NCBI GenBank assembly: GCA_965219455.1
Contig: OZ244744.1
Span: forward strand, 4,512,001-4,576,000
DNA: 64,000 bases
Origin: Candidatus Latescibacterota bacterium
GTDB lineage: Bacteria > Latescibacterota > UBA2968 > GCA-2709665
Direction of reading: 5' to 3'
The notes under the pieces are model-generated. The model did no database searches. It had not been told where the DNA came from and saw only the letters and a list, made by a program, of their open reading frames with translations. A program made the position numbers and the translations under genes. Below, piece by piece: positions 1 through 10,153 of the stretch; position 1 is the stretch's first letter, and each line of letters opens with the position of its first letter.

Positions 1-1
1 G

Positions 2-187
2 ATTCCGGACCTGGGAGACCTGAACATGTTCCAGGTGGTTCGGGCGTTGCACGAAGTGGGGTTTGAAGGCGCCATTGACTACGACCATATCATGGAATTG
101 GCGGGTGACGCGGAAGGGCGGGCTTACATAGCATTTTGTGTGGGACAGATGCACGGGTTCCTGCAGGCGCTCGAGACGGACCGATAG
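2..187 (+). CDS. C-terminal end of mannonate dehydratase-like protein (partial, runs off window start)
   Basis: Frame 2 reads IPDLGDLNMFQVVRALHEVGFEGAIDYDH...AYIAFCVGQMHGFLQALETDR*, resembling the UxuA C-terminus; not in the ORF track. Confidence 0.6.
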   Translation: MPDLGDLNMFQVVRALHEVGFEGAIDYDHIMELAGDAEGRAYIAFCVGQMHGFLQALETDR

Positions 188-361
188 TTGCGGCCGCGCG
201 GCCGGCATTCAAGGATGAGGCAAGGATGACCGTCGCACGGCGGCCTTTCGCTGTCCGCCCGACGGGAACCCGGGCCATGCGAATTGCGGAGGACCTTTCG
301 CCCAGCCGATATCCGGCCGGGCCAATTACGATCGTGCCGGCAGATAACGCTGAGCGTCGTC

Positions 362-2968
362 ATGGCAAACACGATGGAAATGGTTGTTGAACTCGCACGG
401 ACGCCCCGGGCTTCATTGGAACAGGTTGGCGGAAAGGCGCGAAATCTGGGGCGCCTGCTTGCCGGCGGATTCCGTGTTCCGGACGGGTTTTGCGTGACGG
501 CGGACGCCTGTGTGCGGTTTCTGGAATACAATGGCCTTGATCCCGCCGGCGCGACCGAGGAGACGGTTGCGGGGGGATCGTTTCCCCCCGACGTTGAACA
601 GGCCGTTCGAGCTACCTCCGAATCGCTCCTCGGCAAAGGAGCAAAATCCGTTGCAGTGCGTTCGTCCGGCGCGTCTGAGGACGGCAGCGCGTTCGCTTTT
701 GCCGGACAGTTCGAGACCTACCTGAACCTGACGGATGTCGAATCCGTTCTTGCGCACGTCCGGTTGTGCTGGGCGTCGGCGTGGAACGACCGTCTGCGGA
801 CCTATGCGCCGGGTCTGGTACCGCGCATTGCGGTTGTGGTCCAGGAGATGGTCGACGCCGAAAAGTCAGGCATCCTTTTCACGCGGAACCCGGTAGCGTC
901 AGGTGCACCGGGTATTTTTGTAGAGGCCAACTGGGGGCTCGGAGAGACCGTGGTCGCGGGAGAGGTTTCGCCCGATTCTTACGTACTGGACCGGAAGACG
1001 GGCCGGGTCGTCGAGAAACAGATAGCGCACAAGTTGTGGAGGCTCCGTCCGGGTGACCGCCGCGCCGAACCCATGCCGGAGGGGCTACGGGACGCAGAGG
1101 CGCTTTCCCCGGGTGAGCTTCATATGCTGTGGCGGCAGGGCAGCGAGGTCGAGGCGTTTTCCGATGGCCGGCCTCAGGATATCGAATGGGCGTTTTCCAA
1201 TGGCCGGCTCTATCTCCTGCAGACACGTCCAATTACAACGACCGTGTCCCGGCCGCGTGGGAGGTGGTCACGGGGGATCTGTGACGACCTCTGGTCCGAG
1301 GCCCTGTGTCCGATGGCGGCGTCGATAATTGCGGATCGCCTGAGCGAGGCGTATACGTTTCAGGGTCCCGTACGGCGGCTGGGTCTGGAGGCGTTGGTAC
1401 GCAGCGACATGATGAAAGTGATCGATTGCTACATGTACGTGAATGCGGACGCCGTGGCGCAGGTACTCAAGCTGGTTCCGGAGAAACTTCTGGTGGACGA
1501 TGCGCTGCTCATACTGCCCCGGAAACTCCAGGAGGAAGTGGCTGGCGCGACGCGGACCTGGCGGCGGATTATCCCGGCGCTGCTGCGTCTGCCGGGCCTT
1601 CTTATGACCGAACCCTACGGACTGATTCACAGCAATCACCGGAGGGTCAGGCACGCGTTTTGCCCGGTATTCAACCGGCGGGCCCGTTCGATTGAGCGGC
1701 AGATTTCCTCGGCACGCGATCCGGATGCGCTGCTGTTGGCCGTGGATCGTCTTACGGCACTCGCGATGCATCAGCAACGGGACGTCAACCAGTGGAGTTA
1801 CGCGTTTGCGATGAACTGCATCTGGGTTCTGCGCGTGATGGTGGTCCGTTGGGCGGGTCTCGATATGGCCGCTTTCAAGGATCTGCTGCTGGTCCCGGCA
1901 AGCAACAAGACTTCCGAGGCCAACGCCGCACTGGAGAAATTGGCGGATGAGGTCCGAAGCGATTCCGGTCTGCGACGGATCATGGAGACCGGGACGGACG
2001 AGGCGTTCCTCGAATATCTTCGGGCAGGCGAAGGTGGCTTCCCTTTCAGGTTCAATGCATTCATCGACGCGTATGGGTTTCGCGCTGCGAATAGGGATTT
2101 TACATTTGCGCGATGGCATGAACGTCCGGAAGCCGTTGTGCAGATGCTCCGACAGAACCTTTGCGCGGAACCCGCACCGGCGCACCGGGCGTCGCGGGAA
2201 CTGATGCGGACGGCCGAAATGGAGGTGGCGAGTCGTCTGTCGGAAACGACGTGGGGATGGGCACGGACCGTGACGTTCAGGTTTGTGTTGAAATATACGA
2301 GGATCTATCTCGGGCTTCGAGAGGAGCTGCGATTTTATCTGGACAGACTGTTTGCAGGGTACAGGGCGGTTTTTCTGAAACTGGGCGACCATCTCGTATC
2401 CCGCGGCGTGCTGGGGCGGAAGGAAGAGGTGTTTTTCCTGACGTGTACCGAGGTAGAGAACGCGTTCAAGGGCGGCTCCGTGGCTTGCGAGGATGAGATT
2501 CATCGACGGATCGCCGATTTCGAACGTGCGCGTGGTCGCCAGCCGTTTTATTTCTGGATTGAAGGACGTGGTGAGAATCCGGTTCCCGACGAGAATCAGG
2601 ATGCGCATCGGTTGCGAGGCATCGGAACGAGTTCCGGTACGGCAACCGGAATCGCACGGCTGATACGCGGACCCGAGGAGTTTGAGACACTGGCGCAGGG
2701 GGAGGTACTGGTCGCAATGGGTACCGACCCCGGATGGACACCGCTTTTTCGGCGCGTAAGTGCGGTCGTGACGGAAATCGGCGGGGTCCTGAACCACAGT
2801 TCGGTGATCGCGCGGGAGTACCAGGTTCCGGCGGTGGTGGGTGTGTCGGGTGCCACGTGGCGCATACGCACCGGAGACCGGATTACGGTGGATGGGAGCC
2901 GGGGTGTTGTGGAAATTCACGGTGACGGAAGCGAGCACCGGACATCATCGGGACAGAACACTGGATGA
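362..2968 (+). CDS. PEP/pyruvate-binding ATP-grasp plus C-terminal phospho-His swivel enzyme (rifampin phosphotransferase/PigC-like architecture)
   Basis: VGGKARNL, AVRSSGASEDG..FAGQFETYLN, PQDIEWA, LLQTRPITT; C-terminal TDPGWTPLF and GGVLNHSSVIAREY; start taken at ATG 362. Confidence 0.85.
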   Translation: MANTMEMVVELARTPRASLEQVGGKARNLGRLLAGGFRVPDGFCVTADACVRFLEYNGLDPAGATEETVAGGSFPPDVEQAVRATSESLLGKGAKSVAVRSSGASEDGSAFAFAGQFETYLNLTDVESVLAHVRLCWASAWNDRLRTYAPGLVPRIAVVVQEMVDAEKSGILFTRNPVASGAPGIFVEANWGLGETVVAGEVSPDSYVLDRKTGRVVEKQIAHKLWRLRPGDRRAEPMPEGLRDAEALSPGELHMLWRQGSEVEAFSDGRPQDIEWAFSNGRLYLLQTRPITTTVSRPRGRWSRGICDDLWSEALCPMAASIIADRLSEAYTFQGPVRRLGLEALVRSDMMKVIDCYMYVNADAVAQVLKLVPEKLLVDDALLILPRKLQEEVAGATRTWRRIIPALLRLPGLLMTEPYGLIHSNHRRVRHAFCPVFNRRARSIERQISSARDPDALLLAVDRLTALAMHQQRDVNQWSYAFAMNCIWVLRVMVVRWAGLDMAAFKDLLLVPASNKTSEANAALEKLADEVRSDSGLRRIMETGTDEAFLEYLRAGEGGFPFRFNAFIDAYGFRAANRDFTFARWHERPEAVVQMLRQNLCAEPAPAHRASRELMRTAEMEVASRLSETTWGWARTVTFRFVLKYTRIYLGLREELRFYLDRLFAGYRAVFLKLGDHLVSRGVLGRKEEVFFLTCTEVENAFKGGSVACEDEIHRRIADFERARGRQPFYFWIEGRGENPVPDENQDAHRLRGIGTSSGTATGIARLIRGPEEFETLAQGEVLVAMGTDPGWTPLFRRVSAVVTEIGGVLNHSSVIAREYQVPAVVGVSGATWRIRTGDRITVDGSRGVVEIHGDGSEHRTSSGQNTG

Positions 2969-3090
2969 ATCACGGACCTGGATTTGTCCAATTCCTGTAC
3001 ACAATCGCATAATCCGTTTGTTTTTAAATATTTAGGTGATTTTCTCTGATGCCGCCGGTCCAACTTCGTACTCTCGAGTCCGCGAATGGG

Positions 3091-3119
3091 TTGCCAAACC
3101 ATCCGTTTTATTCTAAATT
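3091..3119 (+). promoter_or_regulatory. putative sigma70 promoter for yggS cluster
   Basis: TTGCCA-N17-TAAATT in an AT-rich gap, TATAAT immediately after. Confidence 0.45.
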
Positions 3120-3176
3120 TATAATTCTACATCGGAACCGCTGTTGAGTTTTTTTTTACGTTTCGGCAGAGCGCCA

Positions 3177-3866
3177 ATGACTTCGATTTCGGAGAATCTG
3201 AAACGGGTCCGGGAACGCATCGTCCGTGCAGCGGAGCGAGCGGGGCGACCGGCGCAGGACGTAACCCTCGTCGCGGTTTCCAAGACAAAGCCCGTTGAGG
3301 TCATCCGTGAAGCGGTGAAGGCCGGGGTCCATGTGCTGGGTGAGAACCGGGTACAGGAGGCAGAGACGAAGGTTGGCAGCGTCGCGGGTGCGGTGGATTG
3401 GCACCTGGTGGGGCATTTGCAGCGGAATAAGGTGAAAAGCGCACTCCGCATGTTCGAAATGGTTCACTCGGTGGACAGTCTGCGGCTGGCAAGGGAGATT
3501 GGAAAACGCGCGGTACAGGCCGGAATGTCCGCGCGGACGCTCGTGCAGGTGAATACCTCGGGGGCGGATTCCCAGTTCGGGGCCGCGCCCGACGCAGCGA
3601 TCGATCTGGTCGGGCGGATTTCGGAGATGGACGGGGTGGATGTGGAGGGGTTGATGACGATTGGTTTGTTTTTACCGGACCCGGAGGCGGTGCGACCCTG
3701 CTTCGTACAGCTGCGGGAACTGAGTGAGAAGATTGCGGCGGCGCGTATACCGGGTGTATCCATGACACATCTGTCAATGGGGATGACGGGGGATTTTGAA
3801 GTGGCAGTTGAGGAGGGCGCCACGATGGTGCGCGTCGGCTCGGCGATTTTCGGTTCCAGACAGTAA
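3177..3866 (+). CDS. yggS: PLP homeostasis protein YggS
   Basis: LVAVSKTKP, GENRVQE, WHLVGHLQRNKVK, LSMGMTGDFEVAVEEGATMVRVGSAIFG. Confidence 0.95.
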   Translation: MTSISENLKRVRERIVRAAERAGRPAQDVTLVAVSKTKPVEVIREAVKAGVHVLGENRVQEAETKVGSVAGAVDWHLVGHLQRNKVKSALRMFEMVHSVDSLRLAREIGKRAVQAGMSARTLVQVNTSGADSQFGAAPDAAIDLVGRISEMDGVDVEGLMTIGLFLPDPEAVRPCFVQLRELSEKIAAARIPGVSMTHLSMGMTGDFEVAVEEGATMVRVGSAIFGSRQ

Positions 3867-3950
3867 CGCTGGAGCAGGGTGCGTCGGTGCGATTAACCGC
3901 CGGTCCGGCGCCTGCCCGTCTTCGGTGGCAGGATTCAGCGAAGGGCAATT

Positions 3951-4553
3951 ATGTTATACGTTCTGTTGCAGGTGTTCGACTACATGCGGGCAGCCATCAG
4001 CTTTGTGGCGTTTTCGGCGGTTGTGGTTGTCGTTGTGTTGATGGTTCTACGATGGATCCTGTTGAAGGCGCAACCGTTTGGCCGGCTGTCGCAGGTCGTT
4101 CGGGAATGGACTGATCCCATGATCTGGCCAGTCGCACAGAGCCTGCCCGCACCCAACAGTCTCGCCATTGCACCCTTGTTTGTGATTCTGGCAACGTTGT
4201 TGGCAGCGTTTTTTCTGAAGTGGGTCAGCAACGACGTGCTTCTGGCGCTGGAGGGGGTGGTTCGGGCGTTGTTGAACCTTGCCCTTCTTCAGGTCGTTGG
4301 CTGGCTCTTTTACGGCGCAATTTCGGTTTTCCTGGTGTTGATCCTCGCTCGCATCATTGTTTCCTGGATGCCCTTCTTGCGAAACGGGCGGTTAATCTGG
4401 ACACTGTATTCGCTTACCGAGCCCGTCATGGCGCCCTTCCGGCGCCTGATTCCGCCACTGGGCATGTTTGATCTGTCGCCGATTCTGTTGATCCTGCTGT
4501 TAAATTTCGCCAAAGGAGCGGTTCTCGTGGTTTTCGGATTGAGTATGTCGTAA
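3951..4553 (+). CDS. yggT: YggT family membrane protein (two YggT repeats)
   Basis: Hydrophobic; LTEPVMAPFRRLIPPLGMFDLSPI motif; follows yggS. Confidence 0.85.
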   Translation: MLYVLLQVFDYMRAAISFVAFSAVVVVVVLMVLRWILLKAQPFGRLSQVVREWTDPMIWPVAQSLPAPNSLAIAPLFVILATLLAAFFLKWVSNDVLLALEGVVRALLNLALLQVVGWLFYGAISVFLVLILARIIVSWMPFLRNGRLIWTLYSLTEPVMAPFRRLIPPLGMFDLSPILLILLLNFAKGAVLVVFGLSMS

Positions 4554-4720
4554 AGGCGGGAGTCGGGTATGGGAACGTGTATAACGGATACGCGTTCCGC
4601 CAAACCCGGCTCTGAATCCTGATTTCCGCCTTTCCTCTCCGCGAGTGGCGGTTTCCCCTGCCGCCCGCTTGAGGTATCCCGGCGCTGGCGGCGCCGAGGA
4701 CGGTCATGGAGGTGGTTCCC

Positions 4721-4864
4721 GTGAAGATGACTTCGCCGGATATCCGGAAGGATGAATTCGACGGCGTTGACGACGCGCGTACGAATGATGGAGACGAGAA
4801 ATCGTACGTGAAGGACGGCAACGGCCAGATCCCGAATGGAGATTACACGGAGACGGAGGACTGA
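4721..4864 (+). pseudogene. DivIVA-like N-terminus remnant or 47-aa micro-ORF
   Basis: GGAGG RBS, then GTG start giving MKMTSPDIRKDEF (cf. DivIVA MxLTPxDIxxKEF) and an acidic tail; sits where divIVA usually lies between yggT and ileS. Confidence 0.45.
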
Positions 4865-4933
4865 ATTTCTGTCTGCCTTCCAGGCGCCTCGCCATTGCGA
4901 GACCGATTTTACCGGCAGGAGCGGAGCGGATCC

Positions 4934-5821
4934 ATGACAGAGACAAAGCCGTTGCGCCTGGGTGTGATTGGCGGTTCCGGGTTCTATGAGATGGATGGCG
5001 TCACGGTGGTGCAGGAACGTGAGGTGGACACGCCATTCGGCCAGCCCTCCGATCTGCTGTTAGAAACGAATATTAACGGACGTACGGTTGTATTCCTGCC
5101 CCGCCACGGGCGCGGACACCGGCTGCTGCCTTCCGAGGTGGGATACCGTGCCAATATCCATGCGTTGAAACAGCTGGATGTCACCCACGTGCTCGCCGTG
5201 GGCGCCGTGGGAATTATGAAAGAACATATCAGGCCGGGAGACATGGTGGTTCCGGATCAGGTTTTCGATCGTACCAAGGGGATTCGGCCGTCCACGTTTT
5301 TCGGCGACGGGGTTGTGGGGCACGTGACGTTCGCAGACCCGTTTTGCGCGGATATGCGCGGCGTTGTTGCGCAAGCGGCGAGGAATCGCGGCGCTAAGGT
5401 TCACGACGGCGGCACGTATGTCTGCATGGAAGGGCCACAGTTTTCGACCAGGGCAGAGTCGCATTTTTATCGCCGGGCGGCAAATGCCACGGTGATCGGA
5501 ATGACGGCGCTTCCGGAGGCCAAGCTGGCACGAGAGGCGGAATTGTGCTATGCCGTGCTGTCCATGGGTACGGACTACGATTGCTGGCACGAGCGGGAAC
5601 AGGATGTGGATATTGAAGCCGTGCTGGCCATTCTGAAGGCCAATACCCGGATGGCCAATGCGGTCGTGAAAGAAATCGCCGGTCTGCTGCCGGAGGCGTT
5701 GGATTGCGAATGTCACCACGCGGCGCGGGATGCGATTATTACGGCGCCCGGCGCCATTTCGAATGAGGCAAGACAACGGCTGAGCGTACTTTATGGACAC
5801 TATCTGGGTGGGACGAGATGA
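4934..5821 (+). CDS. mtnP: S-methyl-5'-thioadenosine phosphorylase
   Basis: GVIGGSG, TPFGQPSD, FLPRHGRGH, MEGPQFSTRAES, GMTALPEAKLAREAE, TDYDCWH. Confidence 0.93.
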   Translation: MTETKPLRLGVIGGSGFYEMDGVTVVQEREVDTPFGQPSDLLLETNINGRTVVFLPRHGRGHRLLPSEVGYRANIHALKQLDVTHVLAVGAVGIMKEHIRPGDMVVPDQVFDRTKGIRPSTFFGDGVVGHVTFADPFCADMRGVVAQAARNRGAKVHDGGTYVCMEGPQFSTRAESHFYRRAANATVIGMTALPEAKLAREAELCYAVLSMGTDYDCWHEREQDVDIEAVLAILKANTRMANAVVKEIAGLLPEALDCECHHAARDAIITAPGAISNEARQRLSVLYGHYLGGTR

Positions 5822-6288
5822 TCGACGAACGATGGTACCGGAAACCCGAGGGCATGCCGGAAGCCGTTTCGGCGGGGGGTGTGGTTGTACGGGTGGCGGA
5901 CGGACAGGTGATGGTGGCGCTGATTCGCGAGCAGTCCTACGAGGAATACGTGCTGCCCAAGGGACACGTGGACAAGGGCGAGACCGTCGAGGAGGCTGCG
6001 CGACGGGAGATCGAGGAGGAGGCGGGGTTTACGGAATTGGAGTTGATCCGGTCGATGGGCGTACGGGCGCGGATGAATTATCATCGGACGGAATGGAAGA
6101 CCACGCATTATTTCCTGTATCGGACCAGGCAGGTGGATGTCGTGCCCTCGGACGTAGAACATCACGAAGTCGTGGACTGGTTTCCCATCGATCGGCTGCC
6201 GTTGATGATGTGGCCGGAACAGAAGGTGTTGCTGGGGGAGAACGAGGGCCGGATTGCCGCGATGATGAATGGCGAATCGGTTCGATAA
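5818..6288 (+). CDS. NUDIX hydrolase (Ap4A hydrolase-like)
   Basis: LPKGHVDKGETVEEAARREIEEEAG Nudix box; ATGA overlap with mtnP. Confidence 0.88.
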   Translation: MIDERWYRKPEGMPEAVSAGGVVVRVADGQVMVALIREQSYEEYVLPKGHVDKGETVEEAARREIEEEAGFTELELIRSMGVRARMNYHRTEWKTTHYFLYRTRQVDVVPSDVEHHEVVDWFPIDRLPLMMWPEQKVLLGENEGRIAAMMNGESVR

Positions 6289-6443
6289 CATCAAGTAACT
6301 CCAAGCGCGATATTTTCGCGTGAACCGGTTTTCGGTACGGTGCAGGAGGATTCCGATCGGTCGCTGACCCTGAACTGAGCAGGACGTTGAAACCTTAAGT
6401 GTACGGAACGTTTCAGACCACACCCGTGAAGCGAACAAACCTC

Positions 6444-9400
6444 ATGGCGGCGGAACAAAAGGCAGACACGGTGTTTGAAGATGTTTCCGGCAGGATGAAC
6501 TTTCCCCGGATGGAGAAGGAGATTCTTCGGTTCTGGGAGGAAAACCGGACGTTTGCGAAGTCGGTGGCAACCCGCCCGGAATCCGGTTCGTTCATTTTCA
6601 ACGACGGGCCGCCGTTCGCAAGCGGGCTTCCGCACTACGGGCATCTGCTGGCGTCCATTATCAAAGACGTCGTGCCGCGGTACTGGACGATGCGCGGTTA
6701 CCGCGTGGACCGGCGTTTCGGGTGGGATTGCCACGGACTGCCGGTCGAGAACGAGGCCGAGCGGCAGTTGGGCCTGAAGTCCAGAAAAGACATCCTTGCA
6801 TTCGGAGTGAGTCGGTTCAACGAGTTCTGCCGGGAACAGGTGCTTCAGTACACGGCGGAGTGGAAACAGGTGATCCAGCGATGCGGACGGTGGGTGGATT
6901 GGGACCACCAATACCGGACCATGGATCCGGATTTCATGGAGTCGGTGTGGTGGGTGTTCAAAAGCCTGTGGGAGAAGGACCTTATCTATGAGGGTTACTA
7001 TTCCCTGGCCTACTGTCCCAGATGCGCCACGCCGCTTTCGAATTTCGAGGTGAATCTGGGGGGCTACCGGGATACCCAGGATCCTTCGATCACTGTGCGT
7101 TTCCGCGTGCGGGGACAGGCGAATACGTCGATTCTGGCCTGGACGACCACCCCGTGGACGCTGCCTTCGAATATGGCGCTCGCGGTCGGAGAAGACATCC
7201 CGTACGTGCGCGTCCACATGGAGAACGGAGAGCAGTTAATCCTTGCGGAGCCGCGTTTCGATGCCCTGTTTGGCGGGCGCAACGGGGAAGTGGCGCGGGT
7301 GGAAACGGAGCCGATGGAGGCACTGCTGAAGATGCGTTACGTGCCGCTGTTCGGCTACTTCGCAGATCTGGGAAATGAGGGCGCGTTTCGCGTGGTTGCG
7401 GCCGATTTCGTGTCGACCGAAGACGGTACCGGGATCGTGCACGTCGCACCCGGTTTCGGTGAAGACGACTATCAACTGGGCGTTGAAAAAGGCATCCCGG
7501 TCGTGTGTCCGATCGACGAGGACTGCGCCTTCACGGATGCGATCCAGGACTATACCGGACAGTTTGTGAAGGAAGTCGATCGTCATATCATACGGCGACT
7601 GCGAAAAGACGGTCTGCTGTTCTCCGAGGGCACGCTGGTTCACAGCTACCCCTACTGCTGGCGGTGTGACTCTCCCCTGATTTATCGCGCAATCGCAACC
7701 TGGTTTGTGGCCATTGAACCGATCAAGGAGAAGATGATTGCCTCGAATCAGCGGGTCCGCTGGGTGCCGGAACACATAAAGAACGGGCGATTCGGACGCT
7801 GGCTGGAGGATGCGCGGGATTGGGCGATCAGCAGGAACCGCTACTGGGGCACGCCGTTGCCGGTCTGGCGAAATGAGGAGACCGGGGAGACAATTTGTGT
7901 GGGCAGCCGTGAAGAACTGGAGCGCTTGAGCGGTGAGAAGGTGGAGGATCTGCACAAGCATCTGATCGATCATATCGAAATACCCAGTTCCACCGGAAGA
8001 GGCGTGTTGAGGCGTATTCCCGAGGTGCTGGATTGCTGGTTCGAGTCCGGGTCCATGCCCTACGCCCAGATGCACTATCCGTTTGAGAATCGATCGTTTT
8101 TCGAGGCGAATTTTCCGGCCGACTTCATTTCCGAGGGGCTGGATCAGACCCGGGGCTGGTTTTATACGTTGACGGTTCTCGCGGCCGCGTTGTTTGAGGA
8201 GCCGGCGTTCAGGAATTGCATTGTATCCGGGATGCTGCTTGCAGAGGACGGACGCAAAATGAGCAAGCGGCTCAAGAACTATCCGGAACCCACCGAGATG
8301 CTCGATGCGTACGGCGCGGACGCGTTGAGGCTGTATCTGTTGAACTCTCCGGCGCTTAAGGCCGAGGAGTTGAGGATCAGTGAGCGGGGCATTCAGGAGA
8401 GCCTGCGTTCGGTGATTATTCCACTTTGGAACGCGTACGGCGGGATTTTCGTCACCTATGCCAATATCGACGGTTGGACGCCGGCCGGGGCGGGAGGCGT
8501 GGCGCGCACCCACGAACTGGACCGCTGGATCCTTTCGGAATTGCAGACCCTGCTGCACGACATGAATGCCGAGATGTCAGCTTACCGGCTGTACAGGACC
8601 GTGCCGGTAATGGTTTCATTTGTAGAGAAATTGACGAACTGGTACATCCGCCGCAGCCGCCGCCGCTTCTGGAAGTCGGAAGACGACGAGGACAAGGCGG
8701 CGGTTTACGAGACGCTCTACGAAGTGCTGGTTGTATTGGTAAAGGCCATGGCGCCGGTGCTGCCGTTCGTGACCGAGCATATCTATCAGAATCTGGTGAG
8801 AAGAGTGGATGCGGAGGCGCCAGAGAGCGTGCACCTGTGCGAAATGCCGCTTGCCGATGAGTCGTTGCGCGATACCGAACTTGAGGGCCAGATGCATCTG
8901 ACGATGCGCGCGGTTGCTCTGGGTCGGTCGCTTCGCAACCGGCACGACCTTAAGGTGCGTCAACCGTTGCGGCGGGTCTACCTGCTGCCGCCCGATACGG
9001 CCGGGCGCGATGCGCTGACGTCGATGCAGGGCCTGATCGCCGAGGAACTGAACATCAAAGAGGTGGTGTTGGTGGAGGACGAGACCGAGTTGAGCGAAAT
9101 TTCATACAGACCCAACTTCAGGGCGTTGGGACCGCGTTTCGGGAAACGCATGAAAGAGGTGGCCGAGCGCATTGCCGATTTGGCGCCGGAAGAGGTCGAA
9201 CGCCTGCGGTCCGGTGAGAAGCTGTCGGTTGCGGGAGGGGAAATCGCTCTTGAGGATCTGGAAATCCAGCGGCGGAAGAAAGACGACGTCGTGGTGGCTG
9301 TCGAGAACAATTTGTGCGTCGGGCTGGATGTGCATCTCGACGAAGAGCTGATCGACGAGTGTACGGCGCGTGAATTCGTCAACCGCGTACAGAACATGCG

Positions 9401-9614
9401 GAAGGAGACAGGGTTGGAAGTTGTCGACCGCATCCATGTGGGGGTGTTGGGTGAAGGCTGTCTGGAGCGGGCGGTCACCCGCTATCGGGCATACGTCAGC
9501 GGCGAGACGCTTGCCGAGGAGGTGCTGGCGGGTCAACTGCCCGATTCCTGCCGGCTGACGCGGGAATGGCAGGTGAACGGGTTGCGCGGCACAATTGGCA
9601 TTTCACGCGTTTAA
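6444..9614 (+). CDS. ileS: isoleucyl-tRNA synthetase, type 2 (eukaryote/archaea-like)
   Basis: GPPFASGLPHYGH, GWDCHGLPVE, WTTTPWTLPSN, KMSKR; long IleRS2-type C-terminus. Confidence 0.96.
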   Translation: MAAEQKADTVFEDVSGRMNFPRMEKEILRFWEENRTFAKSVATRPESGSFIFNDGPPFASGLPHYGHLLASIIKDVVPRYWTMRGYRVDRRFGWDCHGLPVENEAERQLGLKSRKDILAFGVSRFNEFCREQVLQYTAEWKQVIQRCGRWVDWDHQYRTMDPDFMESVWWVFKSLWEKDLIYEGYYSLAYCPRCATPLSNFEVNLGGYRDTQDPSITVRFRVRGQANTSILAWTTTPWTLPSNMALAVGEDIPYVRVHMENGEQLILAEPRFDALFGGRNGEVARVETEPMEALLKMRYVPLFGYFADLGNEGAFRVVAADFVSTEDGTGIVHVAPGFGEDDYQLGVEKGIPVVCPIDEDCAFTDAIQDYTGQFVKEVDRHIIRRLRKDGLLFSEGTLVHSYPYCWRCDSPLIYRAIATWFVAIEPIKEKMIASNQRVRWVPEHIKNGRFGRWLEDARDWAISRNRYWGTPLPVWRNEETGETICVGSREELERLSGEKVEDLHKHLIDHIEIPSSTGRGVLRRIPEVLDCWFESGSMPYAQMHYPFENRSFFEANFPADFISEGLDQTRGWFYTLTVLAAALFEEPAFRNCIVSGMLLAEDGRKMSKRLKNYPEPTEMLDAYGADALRLYLLNSPALKAEELRISERGIQESLRSVIIPLWNAYGGIFVTYANIDGWTPAGAGGVARTHELDRWILSELQTLLHDMNAEMSAYRLYRTVPVMVSFVEKLTNWYIRRSRRRFWKSEDDEDKAAVYETLYEVLVVLVKAMAPVLPFVTEHIYQNLVRRVDAEAPESVHLCEMPLADESLRDTELEGQMHLTMRAVALGRSLRNRHDLKVRQPLRRVYLLPPDTAGRDALTSMQGLIAEELNIKEVVLVEDETELSEISYRPNFRALGPRFGKRMKEVAERIADLAPEEVERLRSGEKLSVAGGEIALEDLEIQRRKKDDVVVAVENNLCVGLDVHLDEELIDECTAREFVNRVQNMRKETGLEVVDRIHVGVLGEGCLERAVTRYRAYVSGETLAEEVLAGQLPDSCRLTREWQVNGLRGTIGISRV

Positions 9615-9711
9615 ATTTCATATAGCCGTATTTGGTCTGGGCATCGCGGACAGGCGATGGTGGCGCCATCCGGCTGGTACGCACAGTTTGAATTGACAGG
9701 CGGAGAGGACG

Positions 9712-10095
9712 ATGAACGAGAAAGATCTGAAATACTTCCGGGAGATCCTGGTAAAAAAGCAGTTGTCCATCGTTCAGGATCTGGGGATGTTGGAGCAACG
9801 ATCCATGAATGCGACATCCGAAGAGGCTTCCGGCGGGCAAATTTACTCGGATCACATGCCGGAACTGGGTAGCGACTCCATCGAGCGGGAGAAGGCGTTC
9901 CTGTTCGCTTCTCGAGACGGCGCCTATCTGACGCAGGTGGAGCACGCGCTGGAACGCATAAAGAACGGGACGTTTGGAGAATGCAGGGTCTGCACGAAAG
10001 AGATCCCGAAAGCGCGCCTGGAGGCCGTGCCCACAACCCGGCTGTGCGTTCCCTGCAAAGAGGGGGAACATCGGCAGAGTTTTCGTTCCTCATAA
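9712..10095 (+). CDS. DksA/TraR C4 zinc-finger transcription factor
   Basis: Coiled coil, then GTFGECRVCTKEIPKARLEAVPTTRLCVPCK. Confidence 0.9.
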   Translation: MNEKDLKYFREILVKKQLSIVQDLGMLEQRSMNATSEEASGGQIYSDHMPELGSDSIEREKAFLFASRDGAYLTQVEHALERIKNGTFGECRVCTKEIPKARLEAVPTTRLCVPCKEGEHRQSFRSS

Positions 10096-10153
10096 TCGCT
10101 CACGACCCGTTTGCGGGAACAGACGGGTTCGTTCCATCGCCAAGGGAGGCGTT

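Noticed and set aside
6289-6443. T-box riboswitch upstream of ileS
   Set aside because: No T-box consensus or terminator seen and the region is short
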